Below are positions 12,621 to 24,378 of a stretch of 64,000 bases of DNA, piece by piece. The number at the start of each line of letters is the position of its first letter. Positions within the stretch are counted from its first letter, which is position 1. Both the position numbers and the translations under genes were made by a program. Origin of the DNA: Candidatus Palauibacter australiensis (GTDB taxonomy: Bacteria; Gemmatimonadota; Gemmatimonadetes; Palauibacterales; Palauibacteraceae); the NCBI GenBank assembly GCA_026705295.1, contig JAPPBA010000039.1, positions 3,504 through 67,503 on the forward strand, in the 5' to 3' direction. Below the pieces are notes generated by a model that worked only from the letters and a program-made list of their open reading frames with translations, was not told the DNA's origin and did not search any database.

Positions 12621-12759
12621 TGCGGCCGGAGCCCCTTTTGTGGTTAGACTCGCCTGCGGCGGCGCGCGGGAACGTATTCCGGACCCGGCGCCGGAGCCAG
12701 TGAGGAGAAGCCTTCTTCCCGGCCGGGTGAGCCGGGCGGCACTGAAACAGGAGATTCGA

Positions 12760-13098
12760 ATGGTTGATGCTGCGAATGGAGGACCCATCGAGATCACGGA
12801 TGCGAATTTTGCGGATGAGATCGAGGGCGCCGACGGTCTGGCGATGGTGGATTTCTGGGCGGCGTGGTGCGGCCCGTGCAGGCTCGTCGGGCCGATCGTC
12901 GACGAGCTCGCGCGGGAGTATTCGGGGCGAGTCACGGTCGGGAAACTCGATGTGGACGCGAACCCGCAAACCGCATTCCGCTTCAACGTGCGCTCGATCC
13001 CGAGCATCCTCTTCTTCAGGGGTGGCGAGGTCGTGGACACCCTCGTGGGGGCGCACCCCAAGGATTCCCTCGAGAGGAAGATCCTCGAGCACGTCTAG
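12760..13098 (+). CDS. trxA: Thioredoxin
   Basis: 112 aa with active site 'WAAWCGPCR' and 'IPSILFFRGGE'. ATG 12760 follows 'aggag'. Confidence 0.95.
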   Translation: MVDAANGGPIEITDANFADEIEGADGLAMVDFWAAWCGPCRLVGPIVDELAREYSGRVTVGKLDVDANPQTAFRFNVRSIPSILFFRGGEVVDTLVGAHPKDSLERKILEHV

Positions 13099-13099
13099 A

Positions 13100-13146
13100 A
13101 GTCCGTGGCGAACCCCGCGTCAGCGCCGCCGCGGGCCACCCCGACT
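13100..13146 (+). repeat. Short imperfect palindromic element related to the left arm of the 35543-35723 element
   Basis: 13100-13128 'agtccgtggcgaaccccgcgtcagcgccg' matches 35544-35573 with one substitution and one 1-nt indel. It is followed by a degenerate complementary half, 'ccgcgggccac..ccgact'. Confidence 0.6.
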
Positions 13147-13183
13147 CCGCGCCCCCCGGCCCCGATGGCTCCGGGGGGCGCGG
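13147..13183 (+). terminator. Strong GC hairpin downstream of trxA (candidate U-tract-less terminator)
   Basis: Perfect 13-bp stem, 'ccgcgccccccgg' (13147-13159) pairing with 'ccggggggcgcgg' (13171-13183), and an 11-nt loop. There is no T-run after it, so the terminator function is inferred only from position. Confidence 0.45.
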
Positions 13184-13216
13184 GCGCATCGGGCGGGTGA
13201 ACGGGAGGCGAGTGCC

Positions 13217-14074
13217 GTGCCGCGTGTCGTGACGGGAGCCCTGTATGTGGTCGGGACGCCGATCGGCAATCTGGACGACATGCCGCGGCGGGCGGTCCGG
13301 ATTCTGCGTTCGGTCGACGTGTGCTACGCGGAAGACACGCGGCGCACGGGCTCGCTGCTCGCGCGGCTGGAGGCGAGCGTCCCGCTGCGGTCGCTGCACA
13401 TGCACAATGAGCGCGCACGGGTGGACGAACTGCTCGCCGCCTTGGCTGCGGGGCGCTCCGCGGCCCTCGTGTCCGATGCGGGCACGCCGACGGTGTCCGA
13501 CCCGGGTTGCCGGGCGGTGGCCGCCGCCCGCGAGGCGGGGCACGAGGTGTTTGCCGTTCCCGGCCCCTCCGCCGTGCTGGCGGCGCTCTCGGTGTCCGGC
13601 TTCCCCGCCGACCGGTTTCTCTTTCTCGGCTTCGTTCCCCGGCGGGGCGGCGAACGCTCCGCCTGGATCGACGATCTCCGCGCATGCGCCGACACCGCGG
13701 TCGCGTTCGAGGCGCCGGGGCGGCTGGTCGCGCTCCTCGATGAGTTGGCGGAAGCGGGTTTGGGTGAGCGGCGGGCCGTGGTCTGTCGGGAACTGACGAA
13801 GCTGCACGAGGAGACGGTGGCCGGATCCGTGCGCGAGTTGGCGTCCGCGTTTGCGTCGCGCGAGGTCAGGGGCGAGGTGACGATCGTCTTCGGGGACCGT
13901 GCGGCAGGCAACGAAGTGCCCGATCTGGCGGTCCTGATGGAGGAGGCGCGACATTGGTCGCGCGATGGCCTGCGGCGGCGCGAGATTGCCGACCGCCTGG
14001 CTGCGGAGTTCGGTCTGAGCCGGAACGAGGCCTATCGCGTGAGCTTGCAGGTTCAAGAGGCGCCCTCGGAATGA
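13217..14074 (+). CDS. rsmI: 16S rRNA (cytidine1402-2'-O)-methyltransferase
   Basis: 'LYVVGTPIGNLDDMPRRAVRIL', 'YAEDTRRTGSLL', 'ALVSDAGTPTVSDPG', 'VAFEAPGR', 'CRELTKLHEE'. GTG 13217 follows 'gggagg'. Confidence 0.9.
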   Translation: MPRVVTGALYVVGTPIGNLDDMPRRAVRILRSVDVCYAEDTRRTGSLLARLEASVPLRSLHMHNERARVDELLAALAAGRSAALVSDAGTPTVSDPGCRAVAAAREAGHEVFAVPGPSAVLAALSVSGFPADRFLFLGFVPRRGGERSAWIDDLRACADTAVAFEAPGRLVALLDELAEAGLGERRAVVCRELTKLHEETVAGSVRELASAFASREVRGEVTIVFGDRAAGNEVPDLAVLMEEARHWSRDGLRRREIADRLAAEFGLSRNEAYRVSLQVQEAPSE

Positions 14075-17000
14075 GTGACGGATTCGGCTTCGAACGGCTG
14101 GCCGCCGCCTGCGCGGCGACCCGGGCGCGCGCCGCGGGGACGGCGGCGGCTTCAGCCATTACGCTGGGTGGAGCGCTGATCCTCGTTCTTTCCCTGCTCC
14201 CGGTTTCCGCCCGCGAGGGCCGCGGCTCGCTCGTTCCGCTCGCGCTCGCCCTCGTCCTGTGGGCCGGCCTCGTCGGACTGACGTGGATCGCCCGCCGCGT
14301 CTGGCAGGCGCTGCATCCGCACGCCGTGGCCGGGGAGGCGGACGCTGCGGCGGGACTGGGGGCCGGCGATGTTCGCTCCGCGATCGAGCTGGAACGGACG
14401 GAGGCCGCGGGGGGCGCGGGATTGGCCGCGCTCCACCGCGCGCGCGTGTCTGAGGCGCTGGGGAAGGCCGCGTCGCGCGGGCTCCTACCGGTCACCGGCC
14501 CGGGATGGAAGCGGCGGATCCGCCGTTCGGGCGTCGCCGTGGCTCTCGTGCTGCTCGCGATCTCGGTGGCCGCGCTTCTGCGGCCCCAGCCCACGTTCTC
14601 CGCCGCCGCGGCGCTGGGGGCGCCGTGGCGCACCGCCTTTCCGGCGCCGCTCCCGCCCCTCGGCCTGACCGGCGCGATGGGCGTGCCCCGGGGAGATGCG
14701 GCGGTCGTGTCCATCTCGGCCACGGGGCGCGACCGGGTCGACCTGGTGTGGCGCGCCGCGGGCCGGGCGCCGGAACGGACCCTTCTGGAGGTATCGGCGG
14801 CCGGTTCGGCGCAGGGCCGCACTGGGCCGATCATCTCTCCCACGGCGGTGTGGGTCGAAGATGGGGAGGGCTTTACGAGCGACACCCTCCGCGTCCGTCC
14901 CCTCGAGCCGCTCCTGGTCCAGGATCTCCAGCTTACCGTCGAGTTCCCGGCCTATCTGGGCCGCGGATCCGAACGCTACCGCGGCCGGATTCCGCCGCTC
15001 GTGGCGCCGGAGGGGACGAGGTTGCGGTTGAGCGGAGAGACGAACCTTCCGCTCGATGGCGCGACTCTCGCATGGCAGCCCGGCGACGACGAGCCGGGCG
15101 AGGCGGCCGCCCGAATTCCGCTCGAGATCGCGGGCGCGCAGTTCGCCGTCTCATGGATCCCCGAGCGGACGGGTGCCTGGGCGTGGGAACTGCGGGCGGA
15201 ATCGTCGCTCGGCGCGCCGATCCTCCCCGACCCGATTCGGGTGCTCGTCGTCCCCGACCTTCAGCCGCGCATCCACCTGCTCTACCCGGCTCCGGATACG
15301 ACGCTGGGCTACGAGCGCGTGATGCCGGTCATCGTGGACATCGAGGACGACATCGGTCTTCGTCGAGCCTTCGTTCGGAGCTGGCGCTCGGGTCTGGGCA
15401 GCGAGAACGCGGAGCGGCGGGAGATGCTCTCCCCCGAGCCGGCCGGGGCGGAGCGGGCGGTCTTCCGGCACCTGCTCGACCGCAGCGCGGAATCCTTCCT
15501 CCCCGGCGACACGCTCTTCTACCGCTTTGAGGCCTTTGACGGACATCCGGCCAGGGGTCCCGCACTCTCCGACGTTTTTCTGCTTCGCGTCCCGACGTTT
15601 ACGGACATCCGGGACCGGCGCGCGGAGCAGACCGAGGCCTTGTCCGAAGACGCACAGGCCCTGGAAGAGAGGTTGGAGGCGCTGGCCGAGGCGGCGGCCG
15701 ACGCGGCGCGCCAGACGGACGCGGAAGGAGACGACAGCGAGGAGGTTCGGTTCGAGGCTACGGAAGAGGCGCGGAGCGTGCTCGACGAGGGGCAGCGAGC
15801 CGAGGAGGAACTCGCGGGAATCGAGGAACAGATCGAGGCCCTGCAGGACGAACTCGAAGCCTCGCCGCTCTCCGATCCCGCGCTGCAGGAACAGTTGGAG
15901 CGGCTGGCCGAACGCTACAGGGAACTGACCGAGAGCGGACTCGAGGAGCAGATCGAGGCGCTCGCGGAAGCACTGCGGGAGCTGGATCCCGAAGCGGTCC
16001 GGGAAGCGCTCGAACAGCTCTCCGAGGACTATGAGAGTCTGCGGGAGCAGGTGGACCAGACCCTCGGCATGCTCGAGCAGGCCGCGCTCGAACAGGCGAT
16101 GAAGTCGGCGCAGGCCAACGCGGATGAGCTGGCACGGGAACAGAGGGAGGTCGCCGGGGAGGAGGACGCCGAAGCATTCCGTGAAGGTCAGGACTCGCTC
16201 GTCGAACAGGCCGAGGCGCTGGCGGAGCGCCTGGCGGAGCTCGAGGCGGAACTCGCGGCGGCGGACCGGGAGGCGGCTGCGGATTCGGCCCGGGCCGCCG
16301 GAGACCGCACGCAGGAGGCTCTGGGGAAGATGGCCGATGCGCAGAGTGGAGCCGAGTCGTCGCCGACCGCGGAATCGGGCGAGGTCGGCGAAACGGAGCG
16401 GCAGGCGGCCGAGGAAGCTGCGGAGGCGCTCGAACAGGCGGCGGGCGCCCTGGGCTCGGCGCAGCGGGAGATGAGCGGAGAGCAGGGAGAGGCCGCCGTC
16501 GAGTCGCTGGCTCGCGCGCGCGGCGAGGCGCTCGCGCTGGCGGAGGAGGAGGGCCGCCTGTCGGAAGCGACGCGAGGCGAGAATGCGGCGGATCCGGCAG
16601 TCTGGCGGGCCCGGCAGGGGGCCGTGCGCCAGGGGCTCGAGAACCTGGTCGAGAGGCTCTCGGAAGCGGGGAACGAAGCGGCCATGCTAGACCAGCGTAC
16701 GGGGGCGGCGGCGGGCGAGGCGGCGGAGCGCATGGACCAGTTGCTGGACCGGCTCGCGGGGGACGGGGCGCGGCGTCTCCCGTCCCGCGCGGAGGTCGAG
16801 GGCATCCAGGAGTCGCTGAACTCCCTGGCCCGACACCTGCTGGCGAGCGAGGAGGCGGCTCGGGCCGCCGGGGAGCAGTCCGCCGGCCAGGACGCGGCGG
16901 ATCAGATGAACCAGCTCGCACAGCAGCAGCAGGCGGTGACGCAGGAGACGAGTTCGCTCCTCATGCCCGGCCCGCGGCCGTCGGGAGAGGAGCGGCGACG

Positions 17001-17436
17001 CGAGGAAGTCGCACGGCGGCAGGAGGAGGTCGCCGAGGAACTCGGAGAGCTGGAAGACCCGGAAGGCGACCTCCTGGGACGTCCCGAGGAAATGGCGGAA
17101 GAGGCGGCCGAACTCGCACGGGAGCTCGAGTTGGAGGGGCCCACGCAGGAGACGCTCGAACGACAGCGGCAACTCTTCCGGCGCATGCTCGATGCGGGAC
17201 GCTCGCTGGAGGACGAGGACCTCGATCCCAACGAACGGGAGTCGCGCGAGGCCACGGCCCCGCCGGGGATTCCGCCGCCGATCGATCCCGCGCTGCTTCG
17301 GGGACGCCGCTACCCGGCGCCCTCGGAGGCGTTGCTCCGCGAACTGCCGCTCTTTTATCGACCGTTGATCTTCGAGTACTTCGACCGGCTCAACCGGGTG
17401 CCTCCGGCGGACGCCGAGCCCCGGCGGGAGCCCTGA
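14071..17436 (+). CDS. Large membrane-anchored protein with a long acidic coiled coil (DUF4175-like architecture), unknown function
   Basis: ATG overlaps the rsmI stop (ATGA). Layout: N-terminal TM helices ('ITLGGALILVLSLLPV', 'LVPLALALVLWAGLVGLTWI', 'VAVALVLLAISVAALL'), a middle region of about 330 aa, a roughly 500-aa E/A/L/R-rich coiled coil, and the conserved-looking tail 'LPLFYRPLIFEYFDRL'. The family assignment is from memory of the architecture only. Confidence 0.6.
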   Translation: MSDGFGFERLAAACAATRARAAGTAAASAITLGGALILVLSLLPVSAREGRGSLVPLALALVLWAGLVGLTWIARRVWQALHPHAVAGEADAAAGLGAGDVRSAIELERTEAAGGAGLAALHRARVSEALGKAASRGLLPVTGPGWKRRIRRSGVAVALVLLAISVAALLRPQPTFSAAAALGAPWRTAFPAPLPPLGLTGAMGVPRGDAAVVSISATGRDRVDLVWRAAGRAPERTLLEVSAAGSAQGRTGPIISPTAVWVEDGEGFTSDTLRVRPLEPLLVQDLQLTVEFPAYLGRGSERYRGRIPPLVAPEGTRLRLSGETNLPLDGATLAWQPGDDEPGEAAARIPLEIAGAQFAVSWIPERTGAWAWELRAESSLGAPILPDPIRVLVVPDLQPRIHLLYPAPDTTLGYERVMPVIVDIEDDIGLRRAFVRSWRSGLGSENAERREMLSPEPAGAERAVFRHLLDRSAESFLPGDTLFYRFEAFDGHPARGPALSDVFLLRVPTFTDIRDRRAEQTEALSEDAQALEERLEALAEAAADAARQTDAEGDDSEEVRFEATEEARSVLDEGQRAEEELAGIEEQIEALQDELEASPLSDPALQEQLERLAERYRELTESGLEEQIEALAEALRELDPEAVREALEQLSEDYESLREQVDQTLGMLEQAALEQAMKSAQANADELAREQREVAGEEDAEAFREGQDSLVEQAEALAERLAELEAELAAADREAAADSARAAGDRTQEALGKMADAQSGAESSPTAESGEVGETERQAAEEAAEALEQAAGALGSAQREMSGEQGEAAVESLARARGEALALAEEEGRLSEATRGENAADPAVWRARQGAVRQGLENLVERLSEAGNEAAMLDQRTGAAAGEAAERMDQLLDRLAGDGARRLPSRAEVEGIQESLNSLARHLLASEEAARAAGEQSAGQDAADQMNQLAQQQQAVTQETSSLLMPGPRPSGEERRREEVARRQEEVAEELGELEDPEGDLLGRPEEMAEEAAELARELELEGPTQETLERQRQLFRRMLDAGRSLEDEDLDPNERESREATAPPGIPPPIDPALLRGRRYPAPSEALLRELPLFYRPLIFEYFDRLNRVPPADAEPRREP

Positions 17437-17437
17437 C

Positions 17438-19261
17438 GTGGATCGTTCCCGGTTTCGGTTGCCCGCGTGCGGGACCCGCGGAGCCGTTCGGATCGTCGCA
17501 CTCCTTGCGGGGCTTTGCGGTGTCCCGGTGCCGATCGGGGCCGTGGTGGCCGCTCAGGCATCCGCGGCCTCGGAGCAGCGCACGGTGGCACGCGCGGAGC
17601 GCCTCCGCGCAGGCGGACGGGCCTCGGAAGCCGCATCCGCCCTGCGCGAGCACCTCGTGCGGGCGCCCGCGTCGCCGGGCGCACTCGCGCTGCTCGGAGA
17701 ACTGGCGCTGGAAGCCGGTGAAGCAGCCACTTTCGTACCCTACGCCGAAGCCGCCGTCGTCGCGGACCCGGAAGCGGAGAGCGTCCGGCTGTGGTGGGTG
17801 CGGGGGCTGACCGGTGCGGGGATGCTCGATTCGGCCCTCGCCGTGAGCGAGCGCTGGCTGGAGGAAGCCCCCGGAGTCTCCGCGGCGCGGCTCGCCCGCG
17901 CCGACGTTCAGCTCGCCGTGGGGGACTCCGCGGGGGCAATCCGAACCCTCGACGCCGCGGCGGACCCCGACAGGGAACTCCTCTCGCGCTTCGCCGACCT
18001 CCTCCTCGCTGTCGGTGACGGCGATCGCCTGGCCGCGGCCTGGGTCGGGCTTCTCGCCCTCGCCCCGCCGGCGACGGAGGAAGTCGAAGCGGGCCTCCGG
18101 ACGGTCGAGGCCGATGGGTCGGGCGCCCGTGCGGCCGCCTTCGAGCGGCTGCGCGCGCGTCTGGCGGGTCGTCGGGACCGGGCAGCCCAGGCCGGGGCCA
18201 TCGTCGCGCTGCGGCTGGGGCGCGCGGAGACCGCCCGGTCACTGGCCGAGGTCGCACCGGCGCCGGACGATGCCGAAGCCGCCGCGTTCCTGCGGGAGTA
18301 CGTGCGCGAGGCGGAGGCGGCGGAGCTTCCCGGCGAGATTGCCTGGTCGGCGCGGCGGCTCGCCGGACTGAGCGGGCGACAGGTGGACCGCCTGCGCTGG
18401 CTCGCGCTCTCGGGCGAACAGGCGCTGGCGGCGGGAGATACGGCGTCGGCGCGGCGCGTGCTCGAGGAACTGCTGCGGGAGAGCCCCCCTGGCGACGGTC
18501 CTCACCAGCTGGCGTCGCGCCGCCTGTTCTGGCTCCTCGCGGTCAACCCCGCTTCGCTCGATGAGGCGGCCTTGGTGCTCGACCGCTACGTGAGGCAGTA
18601 TCCGGACTCTGCGGCGGTCGAGGCGGGTCTGTGGGGAGACCTCGCGCTCGGCCACGCTCGGGCGGGCGATCTCGGCACCGCGGAGGCGCTGGTGGCCGGG
18701 GCGCGGAAGCGGATTCGCGTCGCCGCGTCGGGGCGCCTCGATGCCGCGGCCGCTCGACTGGCGCTGTACGCCGGCCGGCGCGATTCCGCGCTTGAGCGAG
18801 CGAACCGGAGCGTGCGCGAGGCGGAAATCGGCGCGGCGGAACGGACACGCCGCCTCCGGCTGGTGACTCTGGTGCAGGCGGCGGACTCGGCCGAGATCCG
18901 TATCGCGGGCGCCGCCGCGCTCGCGCTCCTCGCTTCTCCGGAGGCGTTCGATCCCGGGCCGGCACTTCGCGACCTGGCCGGCCGCCCGGCGTCGCGCGGC
19001 CGTTCCGTCGTGCTGGGCTTCCTCGCGGACGCTGCCGCCGACGCCGGACGGGCCCGCATCGCCGGCGCCCTGCGGCGCCGGATCGTCCTTCAGCACCCGG
19101 GAAGCCCCGAGGCCCCGGCCGCTCTCCTGGATCTCGCGCGTGCGTCCCCTCCCGCCGACGCCGCTTCCTGGCTGGAACAACTGATCGTGGGGTACCCCCG
19201 GAGCGCGCTGGCGCCGGTCGCGCGCCGCATGCTTGCCGAACTCGATGGAGGAGGCCGATGA
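17438..19261 (+). CDS. Secreted TPR-like helical-repeat protein, unknown function
   Basis: GTG lies 1 nt after the upstream stop. Signal peptide 'VRIVALLAGLCGVPVPIGAVVAAQASA'. The rest is A/L/R-rich with TPR-like periodicity. Confidence 0.6.
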   Translation: MDRSRFRLPACGTRGAVRIVALLAGLCGVPVPIGAVVAAQASAASEQRTVARAERLRAGGRASEAASALREHLVRAPASPGALALLGELALEAGEAATFVPYAEAAVVADPEAESVRLWWVRGLTGAGMLDSALAVSERWLEEAPGVSAARLARADVQLAVGDSAGAIRTLDAAADPDRELLSRFADLLLAVGDGDRLAAAWVGLLALAPPATEEVEAGLRTVEADGSGARAAAFERLRARLAGRRDRAAQAGAIVALRLGRAETARSLAEVAPAPDDAEAAAFLREYVREAEAAELPGEIAWSARRLAGLSGRQVDRLRWLALSGEQALAAGDTASARRVLEELLRESPPGDGPHQLASRRLFWLLAVNPASLDEAALVLDRYVRQYPDSAAVEAGLWGDLALGHARAGDLGTAEALVAGARKRIRVAASGRLDAAAARLALYAGRRDSALERANRSVREAEIGAAERTRRLRLVTLVQAADSAEIRIAGAAALALLASPEAFDPGPALRDLAGRPASRGRSVVLGFLADAAADAGRARIAGALRRRIVLQHPGSPEAPAALLDLARASPPADAASWLEQLIVGYPRSALAPVARRMLAELDGGGR

Positions 19262-20541
19262 AGGCCGCGACGAAACGACCCGGCGTTCGGCTCCGCCTCC
19301 TGCTGGCGGGGCTCGCCTTGCTGGCGGGCGCATCGGGACTGGGCGCCCAGCTTCTCGTCCCCATGGACCGCGAACAGGAAAACCACCTCAAGGCCTACGG
19401 GTATGCGTTCGGCATCCTCTCCGAGGGTCAGTCGGCCGAATGGCTCCTGAATTACCGCGCCGGGTCCTTCCTTGTGTCGGACGTGCCGTCCAACCGCCGG
19501 CGCGCTGCGCTCATGGGCGTGACCGTGGAAACGCTCGACGGTTCCGACGTGGCGAGGATCCGCCGCGAGATCGAGACGCGGAACATGGAGACCGTGCCCC
19601 TGGAGAAGGCGCCCACGATCGCGGTCTACACGCCGCCCAACAGTTCGCCATGGGACGATGCCGTGACGATGGCGCTCGAGTACGCCGAGATCCCCTATGA
19701 GCGGATCTGGGACCGGGAGGTGCTTTCCGAGGAACTCGAGAACTTCGAATGGCTGCACCTCCACCACGAGGATTTCACGGGACAGTATTCGAAGTTCTAC
19801 CTGACGTACGCTTCCGCGGCCTGGCTGCAGGAGGAAGTCGCCCGCAACGAGGCGGTCGCCCGCGAACTCGGGTATCCGAATGTCCCGGCTCTGAAGAAGG
19901 CCGTCGCGGCCCGGCTCCGGAGCTACATCGAGGGCGGCGGTTTCCTGTTCGCGATGTGTACGGCGACGGAAACGCTGGAACTGGCCCTCGCCGCGGCGGA
20001 GACCGACATCGCCGCCTCGTTCGCGGATGGTTCGCCCCCCGATGCCGCGGCGAGCGACAAGCTCCGCTGGTCGGCTGCGCTCGCCTTCCGCGATGCCGTG
20101 CTCGTGACGGACCCCACGCTCAGTGCCTTCAGCGATATCGACGGGCACCAGGTGAACACCCCGTGGAGGGTCGATCTCGGCAGCTTCTCGCTGTTCGAGT
20201 TCAGCGCCAAGTTCGATCCGGTTCCCGCCATGCTCACCCAGAACCATCGGCGCGTGCTGCCCGACTTCTACGGCCTCACGACGACGTTCCGGAGGGAACG
20301 CCTTCAGCCCGGGGTCACCGTGCTTGCGGAGGAGGATGCGCGCGGACGTGTGAAGTACCTCCACGGAAGCTTCGGCGAAGGCACGTTCACGTACCTCGGA
20401 GGGCACGACCCGGAAGATCCCCGCCATCTGATCGGCGACGCCCCGACGGACCTGGACCTCCATCGGCATTCCGCCGGCTATCGGTTGATCCTCAACAACG
20501 TCCTCTTTCCGGCCGCGAAGAAGAAGAAGCTGATCACATGA
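19258..20541 (+). CDS. Secreted conserved protein of a family I recall being annotated 'asparagine synthetase B' in Bacteroidota; function unknown
   Basis: ATG overlaps the upstream stop (ATGA) and a signal peptide is present. Family-like blocks: 'LVPMDREQENHLKAYGYAF', 'WLLNYRAGSFL', 'WLHLHHEDFTGQYSKFY', 'GGFLFAMC', 'YLGGHDPED', 'GYRLILNNVLFPAAKKKK'. The family recall is from memory and was not checked by a search. Confidence 0.55.
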   Translation: MKAATKRPGVRLRLLLAGLALLAGASGLGAQLLVPMDREQENHLKAYGYAFGILSEGQSAEWLLNYRAGSFLVSDVPSNRRRAALMGVTVETLDGSDVARIRREIETRNMETVPLEKAPTIAVYTPPNSSPWDDAVTMALEYAEIPYERIWDREVLSEELENFEWLHLHHEDFTGQYSKFYLTYASAAWLQEEVARNEAVARELGYPNVPALKKAVAARLRSYIEGGGFLFAMCTATETLELALAAAETDIAASFADGSPPDAAASDKLRWSAALAFRDAVLVTDPTLSAFSDIDGHQVNTPWRVDLGSFSLFEFSAKFDPVPAMLTQNHRRVLPDFYGLTTTFRRERLQPGVTVLAEEDARGRVKYLHGSFGEGTFTYLGGHDPEDPRHLIGDAPTDLDLHRHSAGYRLILNNVLFPAAKKKKLIT

Positions 20542-20626
20542 GGGCTCCGCCCCGGGCGGCCGGCCCGTCCGATGGCCACGACGCGAGACCCGTCAGGCGC
20601 GGGACTTCGGCCGGCAGGTAGCGTCG

Positions 20627-21520
20627 GTGTCCCGTAACGGATACGCGGGCTTCGCCGAGCGGAGACGCGAACGCGAGCGCTCCCGGCGCCGGACGCTGGC
20701 GATGGGGCTCCTCGCCTCGGTGCTCCTCCATGTTCTCCTCCTGGTCATGGCGGGTGGGGTCCGAGTCGAGTCCCTCCCCTTCAGGCTCCCCCCCGTCGAA
20801 ACCGTGCCCGCGCCGGACGCCCTCGTCGTGGTCGAGATCGCGCCCGTGCTCCCGGAGGACCTTCCGGAGGATCCCCGCCCCGAGCCGCTGCCGCCGCCGG
20901 AGGAGGAGCCGCCCGAGGTCGAACCCGAGCCGGAGGAGGAGGAAGAAGAGGAAGAGGCGGAAGAAGAAGCGGTGGACGAGGGGGATCCGCTCCCGGGCGC
21001 GCCGGGTCTGATCGTCGCGGGCCAGCCGACGCCGCCCGAAGGGCCGCGGGGCCGGACCAACGCCTCTCGGCTCCGGCTCCGCTTCAGCGATGCGCGCCTG
21101 TGGTTCGACCCGCAGTCCCCCCGTCTCATCGGGGAGAGACTGGTCCAGTTCGCCCGGGCGGACAGCGCGGTGAGGGCGATCCTGCGCGACTGGCTCGACA
21201 GCCTCCAACTCGAAGAGGATGTGCGCCGCCGCGCGCGCGACTGGACGTTCGAGCGTGACGGGAAACGCTGGGGGTTCTCCGAGCAGGGGATCCATCTCGG
21301 CGACGTGACGATCCCCATTCCCATCGGGTTCGCTCCCACGGGGCCCCAGCGGCGGGCGTACGAACAGGCGATCCGCGACCTGACGGCCATCCAGATCCAG
21401 AACCTTCGGGACGACGTGGAAGCCGCCGCGGCGGAGGCGCGGGCCCGCATGCGCGAGCGCTCGGAGGAGGAGGCCCGCCGCCGGCGCGGCGACACCCTGC
21501 GCGTCCGCGGGCCACCGTGA
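20627..21520 (+). CDS. Membrane-anchored protein with TonB-like N-terminus and Pro/Glu-rich spacer but a non-TonB C-terminal domain
   Basis: Basic N-terminus 'RRRERERSRRR'; TM helix 'LLASVLLHVLLLVMAG' carrying an SxxxH motif; spacer 'PEPLPPPEEEPPEVEPEPEEEEEEEEAEEE'. The roughly 170-aa C-terminal part lacks a recognisable TonB C-terminal domain. High GC3 supports the + strand over the antisense ORF 20534..21625. Confidence 0.55.
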   Translation: MSRNGYAGFAERRRERERSRRRTLAMGLLASVLLHVLLLVMAGGVRVESLPFRLPPVETVPAPDALVVVEIAPVLPEDLPEDPRPEPLPPPEEEPPEVEPEPEEEEEEEEAEEEAVDEGDPLPGAPGLIVAGQPTPPEGPRGRTNASRLRLRFSDARLWFDPQSPRLIGERLVQFARADSAVRAILRDWLDSLQLEEDVRRRARDWTFERDGKRWGFSEQGIHLGDVTIPIPIGFAPTGPQRRAYEQAIRDLTAIQIQNLRDDVEAAAAEARARMRERSEEEARRRRGDTLRVRGPP

Positions 21521-21651
21521 CGCGGGCGCGCCGCGCGGTTCCGAACGCGGGGCGCCTCCGTTAGACTGAGCCGCAGCCCGGACGCCGGGGGGCCCTCCCC
21601 GTCGCACCGACGTTTCTCCCGACACCGAAACCGTCAGTCAGGAGCCGCCCC

Positions 21652-24342
<2,691 letters not shown>

Positions 24343-24378
24343 CGCGCGCCGGGCCCGGGACCACCGGGCGGGGGCCGG

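Noticed and set aside
12621-12759. Promoter calls for trxA, mce and valS based on recurring 'gTTAGACt' (12644-12650 and 21561-21567), a possible TAGACT -10 box.
   Set aside because: The -10-like hexamer recurs, but no acceptable -35 element lies at 16-18 nt for trxA, and only a weak one (TTCCGA) for valS. This is too speculative to list as features without TSS data.
20534-21625. A 363-aa minus-strand ORF covering the same DNA as the TonB-like-anchored gene.
   Set aside because: The plus-strand frame has a clean basic-TM-linker-domain organisation and G/C-ending codons. The minus-strand product has no membrane or domain logic and is R/G/P-rich.
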